Both the position numbers and the translations under genes were made by a program. DNA of 64,000 nucleotides from contig BQFW01000007.1 of assembly GCA_020891255.1 (NCBI GenBank), positions 1,860,001 through 1,924,000 on the forward strand. Direction: 5' to 3'. Of this stretch, positions 1 to 13,800 are shown in pieces (position 1 is the stretch's first letter; every line of letters begins with the position of its first letter). Origin of the DNA: Entomortierella parvispora E1425 (Eukaryota; Fungi; Mortierellomycota). The notes under the pieces were generated by a model. That model saw only the letters and a list, made by a program, of their open reading frames with translations, was not told the origin of the DNA and made no database searches.

Positions 1-377
1 AAACTTATAAAGACGGCCCTTCTTCCTTGTTCTCACATTTCTCCCTTCTCTTCTTTCTTTTTCTTTTTCTTCTCCATTTATCATCAAAGACCTTCAACGA
101 ACTTACGAACGAAAGAAAAGGATCTCTCGCGTACGCTCTACCTTCAACAACGAAAACGAAACATCGACGCATTACCCACAGGCGCTCCTCTTCCTCCTCC
201 CGCACTTGCCCTCCTTTCCTTGCCGTGCCACGCCCGTCTAAACAGCACTATTTGTACGCTACTGCCCCTTCTCTTTAGTCCCAACAACACCTTCGTTTCT
301 TTTTTCTTCTGTTTCCCTTCCCCGCCAAAACAAAAAAGATCCCCATTCACTTCACAGTCCAAAGTGATATCTTTGCC

Positions 378-2336
378 ATGCTCTCCGTCTATAGTCCGCT
401 GCAACACGAACCCACATCCTCGTTCCCTTTCTACCCAGAGATGCGCTCCAGCCTCAGTTCACAGCCATCCTCATCCTTCCAATACAGCTCATCCCAAGAC
501 ACCCAGCCCATTTCCTCCTCCTCCTCCAGACTATCCTCTTCCCCTGTAACAGCCCCATCTTCAACCAACCAAAGCAGAGGAGGAGCCGAGAACTCTTCCA
601 TTAAGACTGGTACGAGTTGTTGACAAGACAGCCCTCATATTTTCGTCTTTAGCCTCTCTCCTCGAATTGGCCACAGAGGATCCATTTGGCTAACTAGCGT
701 CCTAAACATCCTGTCCATAGAAACTATGATGCCCTCCCAGCCTTCAGTAGGGGCTCAACCACAAACATTCGCCAGTCCTTTCTATTCTTCTGCAGAGCTC
801 AGCAGTTCTACAAAGAGCGCACAGTACGTCTCGCCACCTTACACTACCAACAACCGCCTCACCATCCACGACCGCAGGCAGTCCATGATGGCTGGCCGGA
901 GTAAGGTGCAGATGCACACGCCACCAAACTCAAACCCTCGGCCAAGTCTCGACTACTCTGCTCAAAACACCACTTCATCGTTGACAGAGGAGCTCCAGAA
1001 TCAACCAGAACAACCCGCTGGATCGTGGGATCAGAGTCAAACAGCCTATACCCCTGCTCAGCCCAACTTGCCTTCACTTGCAGAGGCTATTCAAGGGGTT
1101 GCTCCCGAGGCACCACAGCCCGCCGCATTGTCACCACCAACCCAACAGACTGCCACTCTTGCAATGGATGCTGTTGTAGCCTCCCCTCCCAACTTTTACG
1201 GCTCGACATCTTATTTGGACATGCAGGCGCCAGCCAGTGTCTATCCTACGCAAGAACAATACGACAACGACGCGGCCAGAATGCAAGATCATAACCAGAA
1301 TCCTGTTCAAACCATGATGACGCAAGAGAGCAGCGGCTATGATCGACGCGTCTCCTACCCATTTGCAAACTCGCTTCAGACGGCTCCGGAATTGATGGCG
1401 GCTAGCGTGATCCCAGAGCCATCAAATTCCGGTTCACTTCATAGCTCCAGTGCCTTTGCGCACGGCGGCTTGGTCGGCACAGCGGTGCATGATATGGCTC
1501 ACACACAACCGTCCATCGCGCAGGCATACATGGATTCGATGACGCTGCAATCACACGCTCAGCAACCATCGAGCATGGGTCACTCCCAGCCTTCGACTTG
1601 GTCTCAAGATGGAGAGATGGCCAGCACAGATGGCAGTGTGAACGGTAGCAAGGTCTATTCCTTTGTACCGCTTTCGGGTGTGAATTCAAAGAAGCGCCCT
1701 CGTCGCCGTTTTGATGAGATTGAGCGTCTCTACGTTTGCAACTGGGGCGACTGCGAGAAGAGTTACGGCACTCTGAACCATCTTAATGCCCACGTCAACA
1801 TGCAAAAGCACGGACCCAAGCGACTTCCTGCAGGTAGAGTGACAGAGCGACAATCGCCTAGGAAAATCTTTCCTTTTTTGCCCTTGTTTCTCCTATGATT
1901 CGACAAATGTGCTCACCACGTATTCTTTTTGTTTGTAGAGTTCAAAGAGCTCCGGAAGGCATGGCGAAGACATAAGCGCGCAGAGGAGGAAGCAGCGAAG
2001 CAGGCAGCGGCATTCCATCACCAGCAGCAGGGTCAGAATCAGGGTCATGGCCATAGCCATGGCCACGGCCACGGCCCTACTCCAGCTCAGACCCAGGCAC
2101 AGCTCCAGATGTGTGGTCCAGTTCTGACTCAGGTGCACGCACAGCACCCGACTTTGCCAATGCACAGCATAGGTCACCACCAACCTCCTCAGCTGCCTCA
2201 CCCTCACGCCCACCCCAACCAGCACCCCCACCACGCACAGCGAGCCCACACACAACATGGTCACCACCAAGGGGGTCAGCATCACCCACACCACTCGCAC
2301 CACGCCTACCACCACCAACATCCGATTGGTTTCTAA
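378..2336 (+). CDS. C2H2 zinc-finger transcription factor, CON7-like (3 exons: 378-609, 721-1833, 1939-2336)
   Basis: KKRPRRRFDEIERLYVCNWGDCEKSYGTLNHLNAHVNMQKHGPKRLPA|EFKELRKAW matches the fungal Con7-type single C2H2 finger. GT-AG introns 610-720 and 1834-1938 join three ORF pieces in frame. His/Gln-rich tail. Confidence 0.85.
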
Positions 2337-3209
2337 ACGAACCCGTTTCAACCTTTTAGTCTAGTCATCGCGTCTGTTCTTTCGTTCCACAACTGTACAA
2401 AGCCTTCATCTTCTCATCTGTATATCATCACGCAAACAAGCACACAAGCACAACCCCCTCCAAAACTCACATCTACACGTAGAACAGCTTCGCGTTGTCA
2501 GCAATAGTAAAAAAACCCCTCTCTCTGCAATTTTTTTGTCTCCCACGAAGTACACCCTTAAACCTCGAATTGATGACGTCACTATTGAGGGTTTGGAAGT
2601 GGCACAATGAGAAGATTGATGCATGCATTGCATGAGTGCATGTCCTTTCTTTCTACTCTTTTTGCCTCTCCCAAGCCCTGCTCTTCTCCTTCATATCTTT
2701 GCTCCTTCCTTCCTCTCTCTCTGTCCCCCGACGCGCGTTCATGCGAACGCCTTGTTGCTCCATCCCCCCTCCCTGAACACGTTTTGCGCCCGGCCATGGA
2801 CGGTGCCCTGTCTTTCCTCTTTTCGCTCCCCTTCCCCGCCTGATCTCTTTTTATTTTCTTCCTTGTTTGTTTCTCACTTTATTCCATTCTTGTTGTCCCA
2901 GGTGCATCCGTTTTCCAAGAAAGCAGCACCGTGCCTCTTCATTGCAATTCATTCCCTGCATTTCAGTATTCACACACCACCTTTGCTGTTTCCCAAAAGC
3001 ATTCATTCATTTTTTTTTCTGCCACCTTGTTATTCTTTTTTATCCCCGTTTACTTTCATCGAGGAAAAACGCGGAAACACCTTCCATACACACTCCCTTG
3101 TTGTTTGTCTGCAAACAAGTGACTGAGTGAGCGACCAGCCAGGCAGACACCGTCAAACAGACTGACCAACAAACAGCCAAGGGATCCATTCCATCTCTAC
3201 AACCTTGCA

Positions 3210-6200
3210 ATGTCGCAAAGCACAGCCGAGCCAAAGGTATGTCCATGCTGAATGAAATAGCCAACAGCCAACAGCCAACATTGTGTCGATAGAGATCTCT
3301 AACGTATGCGCCCCCTTCTCCAGGCCACCTCGGTAGAAAACACCTCTGCCGCATCGGGCAATGTCACTCCAGACTCGAGTGCACAGAACACCGCCGGTAT
3401 GTTCACTCTATTACGACCCACCCCTGCATCACAGCCAAAGCCCGAGTCGCCAAAGAACGACTCCCTGGATTCCCCAGAGCCGTCCTCAAGTCTAGCCAAG
3501 GCCATGGAGGGCCTTGATGTCGATGATGACGCTTGTGATCCAGATAACCCTGCCTTGGACGAATTTCTTGTCAATGCCCTCAAGAATCGTCAAGACCGGA
3601 TATTCTTGCTAAAGCTCGACAGGGAGTTTTGCAGCTTTATCAACAACCCAAGGTACACATACCCCCAGGGAGTGAGAAAGACGGAGGGAAAGTGAGGCAC
3701 ATTATTGTTGATAACTACAGTGCCAAGCTAACGAGATTGTTGTGGCCGCTTGGCGCCTTCTAGTCAAAACCAACTCGAGTTTCCATCCCTCAATTCCTAC
3801 TATCGCATGGTCATTCACCGTGTCGCCAACTACTTCAAGATCACTCGTTTAGTGGACCCGCAACAGAAAAAGATTATCTTGTTCAAAACAGAAAACTCTG
3901 CCATGTGAGTCTCTTGCCTGACCTGTAGCTTGTCCAGTATCCTCAATCCATGGAATACCCAATATCTAACAAATAATGTATATCCTCGGAACGAATCATA
4001 GTCCTGCATTGCGCTTTTCTGATCTAGTAGAGGAAGAAGAGGAACAGCCTGTCAAGCCTATGAAGCTTTTAAAGAGAAACCCCAATCGTCCTGCTGGAGG
4101 TCAGAATGGCGCAGATGGAACACCAGAGCCAGATCGGAAGACAATATCGATCAAGGAGCGAGAGGAGGCTTATGCAAAAGCAAGAGCTCGCATTTTCCAA
4201 GAAGAGGCACCTGCCAAACCCAAGTCAAATGATGGATCTGGGTCCAATTCTAGGAGCGATTCTCCCTCTGTCGCACCCTCCACTTCAGCGGACACACCCA
4301 CACCCACGCCCGACTCTACAGATGACGCTGGCAGATCCTCCAAGGGTCGCAAGCAGCCCAATGCGAGAAGAGGCCCCTCGGGTTCTGCTAAATCACCAGA
4401 GGAGCAAACAGAAGACGACCAAAGATCGCAGTACGGCTCCTTGCCCAGCTCTAGAAATGTCTCTCGGAGCACTTCACCATCGCCAACAGCAGGCAGTGCT
4501 GGTGGAATGGATTTGAGTGGTCAAGGCAATGGCAAAGGTGTGCGACCAAAATCGAAGCATTCCAAGGCCGATTTGACTGCTGATTATACGGATGGCCAGA
4601 GGCGGAAAAGCACCACTTCCAACGCTTCATCATCATCAGGAACTGTGCGAACACCAGTGGGTCTTGCCCGCACCACCTCATCCTCTTCTAGTCAGGATGG
4701 ATTCCAGAGCCCTGGCCTTGGAGGAGCTTTGACAGAATCCCCTACTATCAATTCACCCTCCAACTTGCAAAAATCATACGACTATTTCGGTCAGAACCCA
4801 AGCATGACCTCAGGATCAGTGTCACCCATGAGCAGTGGAAGTTCTAGGACCTCCATGCAACAAAATCAAGGATCGATGTCGTCAAAGTCAACTCGGCCCC
4901 AAGGCAGCAGTAGTAGTGGAGGAAACTCTAGTGGAGGTGCAAGTGGCCACCACACACCTAATGCTGGATTTGTAAAGGGTATGAACACAACAGCCTTTGT
5001 CCCCAAAAAGCCATATCCCAAACATGCCAACTCCAACTTCAACAACCCTGGACCCTACAACAATGGATTCACACCAGCTGCTACAACAGTGATGCCTGGT
5101 CAAGGAAACTTTTATGGAAACAATGGAAATATGAACAACATCAACAACAACGGTGGTATCAACAGCAGCATGGGCGGCAATGGTATCAGTGCCCCTTATA
5201 CCCAGTCGACCATGCCATCTAATTGGCAAGATCGAAACCCAGGGCAAGGTCAGGATCACTTCCCCTACTTCCAACCGAACCAGGATCCATCACTTTCTGG
5301 CCAAGGATTCGGTTACTCAAATCCAGGACCTCAGTTCCATCAGCCGATGCCGTTTGGCAACCCCAGCCATACCTCACAAAACCATCACCAGTACCCACAT
5401 CATCCAGTTCAGCGCGGTGGACGTCGGAACCACTCAACCCAACCACACTTTACTCATCAGTCCCACTTTCAGCATCCATCCCACTCGCGGACCCACCCTC
5501 AGACACAACATCAGTCATCACATTATCATAACAACAACAACAACAACAACAACTATGGAGGACAGCCTTCTAGAGATGACTATGCATTTTCTCAAGGCAT
5601 GAGATCCGCACCCCGCTTTGGCCGTGGCAATGATATGAATTCGTCATTAGGTCCATATGGAAACGATTTTAATAATCTAAGCCATGGAAACAATGTCGAC
5701 ATGCAGGCTGCTGGACACATCTACAATGGCTATGTTCCTCAGACGTCTGGACCCATTTCAAACGATAACATTGTGAGTAATTTTTATTGTTTTATATTCC
5801 TTGTTCAAACACGACATACTCAAATGCTTCCTGATGCAGAATCTAATCGGTCTTCTGTTCCAGGGATATGGCCCGAGACACCCTCAAAACCAAAAAGGGC
5901 TCTATGACCCTAATTGGGGTCCCAATCAGGAACAATCAGCTCCTTTTAATCCACCTTTCCAAGGGCCTTCAGGCGGCGGAGGCGGCGGTGGGAAGAAACA
6001 GACCAATAAGTTCAACGCAAACAATCCTATGGGCCAACCTCAACATCCATCTTCTATCATCACAGCTCAAGGGGGACCATCATCATCCCAGGCATCCCAA
6101 GGCTCTGCTGGATTTGGAAATAACCAGGGAGGGCATGGAATGTACAGCGTTGAACGTAGACCTCCCAAATCAGCTGAGCTGTTTGATCCAAATGGTGGTC

Positions 6201-7279
6201 AAGGATTTGGTCAGGGTAGTGCTAGTGGGCCTGGAGACTATGGTTTCGGCCGACAGGGAGCAGGCGACGGAGGCTTTGTCCCTGGCCAGGACAGCGTTGT
6301 GCACACCAACGACAGATCCTATCCTTACCAAGGGCAACACCATAACAACTTTAGCCAACATCATTCTCAATCTGGCTCGCAATCCATGCCACAACAGCAA
6401 CAGCAGCCGCCCCAGAACACGCTGAGCCAATTCCCGCCATTACAAGCTCACGTCCCTGTGGCCATGAATCGCTCCTATTCTTCCTCTTCCTCGACTGGCC
6501 ATGGGGCCGGAAGCACAAGTAGCCCTGGACCCCACCAGGGCAAGAAGAACAATCTGATTTACGATTATTCGGTCCTGGTAGCGCCCTACGACGGTGTCTC
6601 TAAAGGCTCATCAGGTAGGGAAGCAATCATCCACAAGGAACACATGCCAGTGAATACCCTTCTGATTTGATTACTCATGCATTTATTTCGGGATTGTTTT
6701 TTTTTTCTTTTAGAATCTGAGAAACCCGCACCGACATTGAGTCACATCTTGGAGATTTTCGACTTTGATCCAGCGGACAATATCTTTTCAGATCTGGTGT
6801 TGCCCCAAGGCTCAAAATTGAGACGATTGAAACCCTCTGCCAAAGATCCTGCAGGCCAATGCCTTGCGATATTTAAGAACGGCGTCTTGGCGAATGAGGC
6901 ATTGTCGGCATTCCAAGAGGGCAAGGAGTCCTGGATGGGGGCAGAGGCTTTGAAGAGTCGACCCGAGGCGGTAACAGACGAGTCAAAGGCCGAGGACGGT
7001 GAGGGCGATGAGACTGCGGTAGATATGAGGATACAGAAGCGCTTCAACGTGAAGGTATGGACGCCGGTTTTGGTCAACACGGCTACAGCTGCATCGTCTA
7101 CATCAGGCAGGGCGGCCAGCTGCAGTGCCTCCGATAGTCAGGTCACGACCTCCACCTCTACACCTCTGACGCCGTCCGCACCTGAACTGACAGAAGCGGG
7201 CGCTTCAGAAATGGGGCTTTCTGAGCAAGACTCTGTGGATTCTAGTTCAACGGTTAGCGAAGCCAAGACGCAGCTTTGA
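3210..7279 (+). CDS. R3H-domain (R3H/SUZ, Encore/R3HDM-like) RNA-binding protein with long low-complexity region (exons about 3210-3236, 3324-3652, 3764-3904, 4002-5772, 5864-6614, 6714-7279)
   Basis: DRIFLLKLDREF followed by the spliced exon LEFPSLNSYYRMVIHRVANYF (RxxxH motif), then SUZ-like SIKEREEAYAKARARIF. Canonical introns restore frame throughout. Confidence 0.85.
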
Positions 7280-7485
7280 TCAGATAACCAGTGTGGAGTT
7301 GTATTTTTTTGCGATGATGGTGATGGAAGGTTTAAAAAAAACGGAAAAAATAAATCCAAATCCCAATGGATCTATCTACTCATGGCTCTTTTTTGAAGAA
7401 CTTCATTTTTTAATCATTTGTATTCATTTGGATATCACAGAAACGAAGAATATTTACAGGGGGGAAAGAGGGGAGGGGAGAGTAT

Positions 7486-10400
7486 TTAGTTGTTGACCAG
7501 CATGCTGCTTCGAGAGTGGCCACTGATATGACTCGGCTCAGGGGTGCCGGGGATCGGGGTAGGGACTCTAGAGCCATTGTTATTCTCACCAAAATAGGTA
7601 TCCAACAAGAGCGAGGCCAAGCGGTGCTGATCCCTGCCATCGGCCAAGATCACGGCCTCGAGGGCATCCACGCCATTCATCTCGGAAAGCAAGGCGGCCG
7701 CATCGGGGATACCGGAATTGAGCAACAACTGAACGTAGCGCAGACCGAGCGAGATCATCTCCTCTTCCTTGGTCCTCAAGAAATCCAAGAAACCTGGCAA
7801 GAGCTCGCGGTGAGGCAACACTTTAGCGTAGTCGGGGCCATGGGAGGCCAGGTTGACGAGACTGTGAGCGGCCTCCTTTCGGATATCAAAATTGTGATGG
7901 GTCGCAATCTGGGAGAGGACGGGAATGAAGCCGGCGTCGATGACCTTGATCAGATCCAATCCCGTATGGTCGGCTGTGATGTTGGACATGAGCCAGAGAC
8001 TCTCCTTTTTGACAGGTCTATTTTGCAAAAATGGATGTTGTTTTAATTCAGCTTTTTTTTTTTTTTTTTTTTTTTTCTTTCTGCTTTTCTCTCTTCTTTC
8101 TTCTCTCCTTGCATACTTCACTCCTGCATTTGTTTTGATTTCTTTTTTTTCCTTACCTGCAATCCGATTGAATGAACTGAAGCATGGCCTCCAGGAAACC
8201 AGGCTCATTGATCAGGGTAGATGTGTTGTTATCAGGTCCACTAGCAATGTTGCCCAGGGCACGGATCAAGGGGATCGCCAGAGCCCTTTTATCCAAAAAC
8301 TGTTTCAAGGGCTCGACCAAAAGAGGAATCAACCGATGTTCCAACAATTGCGTGCTGACATTATCTGGTCCTGAGGTCAGGTAGACGACCACCCAAGCAG
8401 CCTCCGAGATCACAGCGGGTTGCTAGATGGTCAAAAAAACAAAGTAGGAGTATGAGAAGATGGAACAATAAAACATCATGCGATAGTTCACGGTTCATGG
8501 GATTTACAGTGTCGACGCGCAAGTGGTGCAAAAGTGGCCTGATGAGACCCGACTTGACAAGCGCATCCTTGTTGGCACCTTCTCCACGGGCCAGGTTCGA
8601 CAGGGCAAAACAAGCAGTTTGAACCAAGTTCAAATCCTACATAGAACATTTTTCGATTTAGTCAATTACGTAGCTCGTTTGACCAATATGACTCTACGTT
8701 TCTCCCCAGCTTACCTTGGATTCAAGCAACTTGACCAAGGGAGGCAAGACACCGTTGTCCATGAGCCTGTCTCTGGACTTTGGTCCTTCCGCCGCAATGT
8801 TACCAAGAGCCCAGGCAGACTGATCCACAAGAGCCAGATTCTGACTGTCCAGGAACTGGATCAGATGAGGAGCCGTGTTCAATGCGGCCTCACAAAGCTC
8901 TGTCGATCCACCAGCAGCCATATTGGTCACAACCGAGGTCGCTGCCAATTGCTCCTCTGCATCCGTGCCGGTAAGAAGACCCTAGAGAAAACGCGGATCG
9001 GAAGAGAAATAAGGAGTTCAAAAACAGGTCTTGGTGACGCGACACAAAAAAACCCTTTTCCTCTTCCATGAAGAGTCGATCATTTTTCCAGCTTACCTCC
9101 AAAAGACTGAGAAACTCCTTGGAAGAGACCATGGTCAACAGGGCGGGCGAGTCGCTGTGGGTACTCAAATAGTCACTCAAAGACTTGAGGGCCTCTGCCC
9201 TTTCAGTCTTGCTGCCACTCTGTTGGAACAGTCAAAATCAGTACACAAAAAAAAAAAAAAAAAAAAAACAAAAACCAAAAAAAACAAAAACCAGAATGTT
9301 AAGGGTCGTTTGAACACTTTTTTTTCCTTCCATGCAAACATCCAATCCACCATCTTTTTCTTTCTTGTTCGGAAAGGGGGGGGACAGTGAAACGTTCGCA
9401 TCCAAACCAAGCTTTTTGTCTGAAGAAAACGATTTACCTTCAACTTGGTGTGAATGCTATCCACTTGCTCCTTTCCCAGCTCCGCCTCCTTTTCTGCAAA
9501 CAGGGTTGCGCGCGTGCGCAGAGTTCCCCAGATTTTCCCAGAATAACCAAGGACGAAAGACAGAGAGAGAGAGTGAGAGTGAGAGACAAGAGGGTGAAAG
9601 AGAAAGAAAAAAGAAGGAAAAAGGGCGATGAGTTAACATCGACTGTCATCTTTTTTTCTTTCTTCTTCTCCAATCTTCCTATTCACTTCTTTCTCAGTCC
9701 TGGAGGAGGGTAGAGAACAATGTCTTGTTGCTTTTTTCTTTTCGGTCTTTTAGGCCCATGTTTTTCTTGAAAAGAAAAGGACCCGTCGTGTTCATGCAAA
9801 ACACAAAAAAAAAATAAAAGGGGAAGGAAAAAAGAGACCAAGAGAGGAGGGACGACGCGCGAGCGTGGGGTGGAGGAGAGACTTTCTTTTCACAAACAGA
9901 CAATGGTGTAGACAGGTCAAATCGACAGACAAATAACAGATGGACAAGGCAACAGACAGACGAATCGAAGGAAAGGGAAAAAATGTTGTGAATCCTCCCA
10001 CAAGTCGCAAGGGCGGTTGGGTCGTCCCAATGCGTCTGAAACTTGGATAATTGCAGACTGGCGCCAAAATTCCTCTTTGCTCAAATGACGGCAATGGTGC
10101 AAGAGGCTTCCCACGGTCTCGTCCCTCCTCCCCAAGGCAGCATACATCTATTGCATTTACCTTCATCGAAAGAGGATCCATTGTCCGTCCCTTCCGCAGT
10201 AGCGGCGGCTTCTTCCCCAGAGGCCTTGGTGGAGGACAGTTTGAATCTCTTTGCACTGACCAAATCGTCTCTGCGCTGCTTTCTCAACAGAGCATCCTCG
10301 TTCACTCGCTTGGTGACATTGTCCTTTGCGTTCTTGGAGATGGGATTGGGTTTGTAAAGAGGTTTGAATCGGTCGGCTGCTCCAGGGGAGGAAGAGCTGG

Positions 10401-10500
10401 CAGCAGCAGCAGGGGGACTGGCTCCTGTGTGTGAGTGCTCGGCGTTTTGTTCTTTGGCGGCAGCCGCGCGGGTCGCAGAGCGAAGGGTGCGTTTCTCCAT
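7486..10500 (-). CDS. Armadillo-repeat importin-alpha-like protein (TMCO6/IMPA9-like), multi-exon
   Basis: N-terminal IBB-like segment EDALLRKQRRDDLVSAKRF. ARM repeats: LVDQSAWALGNIAAEG, LVQTACFALSNLARG, EAAWVVVYLTSG, IRALGNIASG, ESLWLMSNITA, RKEAAHSLVNLA. Exons are linked by GT-AG introns (e.g. 10160 to about 9495). Confidence 0.8.
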
Positions 10501-10885
10501 TGGGGGGGGGGGGCTTGTTTCTGAAAGAGTGATGGGAGGAAGTTGTACAGGTCCTGCACTTGTGTGTTGGTGTGTGGGTGTGTGTTGTGGCCGTTGAGAG
10601 GAGAGGGAGAGAAAGGGAATAAAGGGTGGGAGGACATGCGTGCGTGCGTGTGGGGAAAGGGAAAGTGGAAAAAAAAAACTCGTGACTTGTGACTGTCATT
10701 CTCCGGACTGGGCGCGTCAGTCCGACGCGCCTTCTTCGTGTTGGCGGTCTCTGTCTGCCTGTCGGTCGATTCATTCTTGGCTCAAGGTCATTGCAAAGAG
10801 AAAGGTATCGTTTGTTTATCGTAACAGACTGCTGCAGACATAAAATAAAAATATCACTGGTATCATCCACCTTCGTGTTCTCTCT

Positions 10886-13800
10886 CTAAATAGTCAAAAA
10901 CCGAACTTCGGCGTTCATGCCATCCGACGTCGGCGCGTAGTAGAACCCGGCCATCAACACAAGGTAACTCAAGATCAAGATGCTGCCCTTGAAGTAGTTA
11001 CTCTTACCCTCAATATAAGTGTACGTCAACAGGAACACCGAAAACAACATCGAAAAGACATCCCAACGGGGGAAGACCATGTTGAACATGTGCTTCCAGA
11101 GCTGGATCTGGCCACTGGGATTCAACCAGGCTGAAACTGCCACCATGGCCGGGATTTGGATCAAGCAGACTTGCAACGCGTACGCAGATCCAATCTCCAT
11201 CGAGAGCGCAATATTGCCGTACATGGCGAACGAGATGGCGTTCATGAACTCGGTAACATTCGGAACCAGGGCAAAAAGCGTTAGTCCCAACAGTTTTTCA
11301 TCAATGGATGACACCGCGTCCACGCTGTCAACCAAAATCTCTAAAATCAGAGAGAGGTGGATATACGCCACAAAGTTAGGAAGTGGACAGTTTGAGAAGA
11401 GAGGCGATTGTTAAAAGTAAGCGTGTTCGTACCAGCAATGATAGAGTAGAGTACTGTGCATCCCAAAAGCACAGTAGCACTCTTAGCCTTGGACCAGTTA
11501 GGAGAGTCATGTCCTCCGTGAGCCTCATCTTCCTCTTCCTCGCCATGGTCGCTCTTCAGTCCATCGTCAATATCAAATGTCGACAGCAAGCCCTCAGCAG
11601 AGGGGTGAAGTTGAGCAGCAGCAGCAGCAGCAGCCTCGCCGTTCGTTGTAGGCGCTGAATGAGGCGGAGGTCTCTCTTGCAAACCGCCATGGATAGAGGT
11701 TGATTGATAGTTCGAGGTTGAATGTCCTGTATCCACTCCTGTAGAGTTAGATCTAACCCTTCCCATCTCGGCGGCATCATCGCCCCCGATATGTGCATGG
11801 ATATTGTTCGCCGCCGGATTTCCTGTGCCATAGTGCAACAACTGCTGGAGAATATGCAATGGCAGCAATTTCTTGTAGATGGATGAATCGCGGACCGACG
11901 GTTTGGCGGGTTCGGACCAGATCTGCTTGACGTGTGTTCTGAGAGAGAACCAAATTCCGATCAGATAAGCCGATGGGAGGATGATGCAGCAAAAGTACAT
12001 GAGGGGCTTGACATTCTTTTGGAAAAAAACATCGCCCACTGGATTAGGCTGATGATGATAACATCTTTGGCAAGAGGTGTCATTCGGGGCCAACGAAGAC
12101 TCAGGACAAGGCTCGCAACGAAGTTCAAACTATGCAAAGTAATGGAGTGTGGAAAGTCGTTAGTTTCTACCCGGCATGGCATTTACGAATAGTAGTTCTG
12201 CAGATTCAACATACGCGTCCATAGATAGAGTAGAACAATGTCGGTGTCAAGACACCAATAAGGGACATGATCAACATGGTGGCAGTTACACCTGTAATAA
12301 CAGAAACATATTAGTAAACAGCTTGTATTCCATCGCAGCAACCTTGGTAAAGAAAGCATCCATCAACGATACCTGCACTCTTGGCATTAAACTTTTGCTC
12401 CTTTTTCTTGACGGCACCACTCATCATACTCATTCCTGGCATGAGCAACAATCCTGCCAGGAAACTGCCGATCAAGGCACCTTCAGTGATCAAGCCCTTG
12501 CCTTGCGTCAGCGCCACAGAGTAGAGGATAATTTCGATGATCGATCCAAACGTGGCATTGATGACAGCACCCAAACCCAGGGAAGACTGAGCAGAGATGG
12601 ACGAAACAGCCATGCCAATGAAATACGAAAGAGGGATCACAGAGGACAGACCCAGTGAAAAGATAACGGCTGGCGAAGTCAACACAGAGTCATGGCCCAG
12701 AACGTGTGTCAGTACGTATTCGTCAAAAATGGTGAAAAAGACAACTGGCAAAAGGTTGATAAAGATGATGTTGGTGCCGTCGTATGTGTACTTGTAGTAC
12801 TGAAGTCCAATGGCGTCGTAAGTACAGAGTAGGATCTCTGCATTTTGGTTGGACAGAGTCAATGAACTTCCACGCTTGAAATGAAGCCGGAGAGGATTCT
12901 TGTGAAGGTGTGTTGCCAGGACATAGGTGAACTTTCCCATGGGGATCGATACCACCATGAACCAACACAAGCACGACACAAACATATGCAGGGGACCTAG
13001 AAACGATCCTCTTTTTTTAGTTGCTGTTACATCCAATGACAGACCATTTCAGCAGTTACCGGCTGCTTCCTTACCAATGATCGTATAATAAAACAAATAG
13101 TAGACGATGCCTCCGAGTCCAAGTTCAAAAATTGTCCTGGGCAAGCTCAGTAGCTTAGTCAACAGCGATGTCTTGTTGTGTCTCTCTGCTTCCATAGTCG
13201 ATGTAGAGCGAGGCAGCAAGGGTCGCGACTCTTCTGAGGGCGAAAGATGACTCAGACGAGCGTTTCCATTGCCATGTCCACTGAAAACCGGGTCCCGATC
13301 GGTATCCGTCGACATGGACTGTTGATGAAAGCTGTTCCTAGTCTCTCCCACGTATAAATCCCGTTCGACGTACTGTCCAAAAGGCCAAAAGAGATAGTGA
13401 CTCAATCCAAGAACCACGCGCCCATAGGCGGCTCCTCCGAAGGGGATCAAGTACAGCGCCACAGCAATCACAAGACAGATCAACGACAGCCACCATCCAA
13501 AGATAAGGGTCCACAACAGGTTGCCAAAGGAGATGTAAAGGTCAGACGATGGCTGAGAATGTAGGGCCGAGTCGGCCTTCCTGGTGACGGATCGCGACTT
13601 TTTGTAGAGAGCGGGCTTCCAAAGCGGGAGACCAAAAGGATGGGTGTGATTGATGGTCTAGTGCAGTGACATCAACAACGAAGAGGTGATTAGCGCAAGG
13701 TCATGCATCCAACCTTGGTGCTGTGTCGAGAAACTCTCTTGGGAAAAGGGGGAAAATGGAGAGCAATTGGAGCACACGACCAACGGCTAAGGCCCGAGAA

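Noticed and set aside
7516-8046. 176-aa plus-strand ORF, and similar ORFs at 42130-42684, 44295-45020, 47337-48092 and 59565-60149
   Set aside because: Antisense shadows of real coding exons, with no independent motifs.
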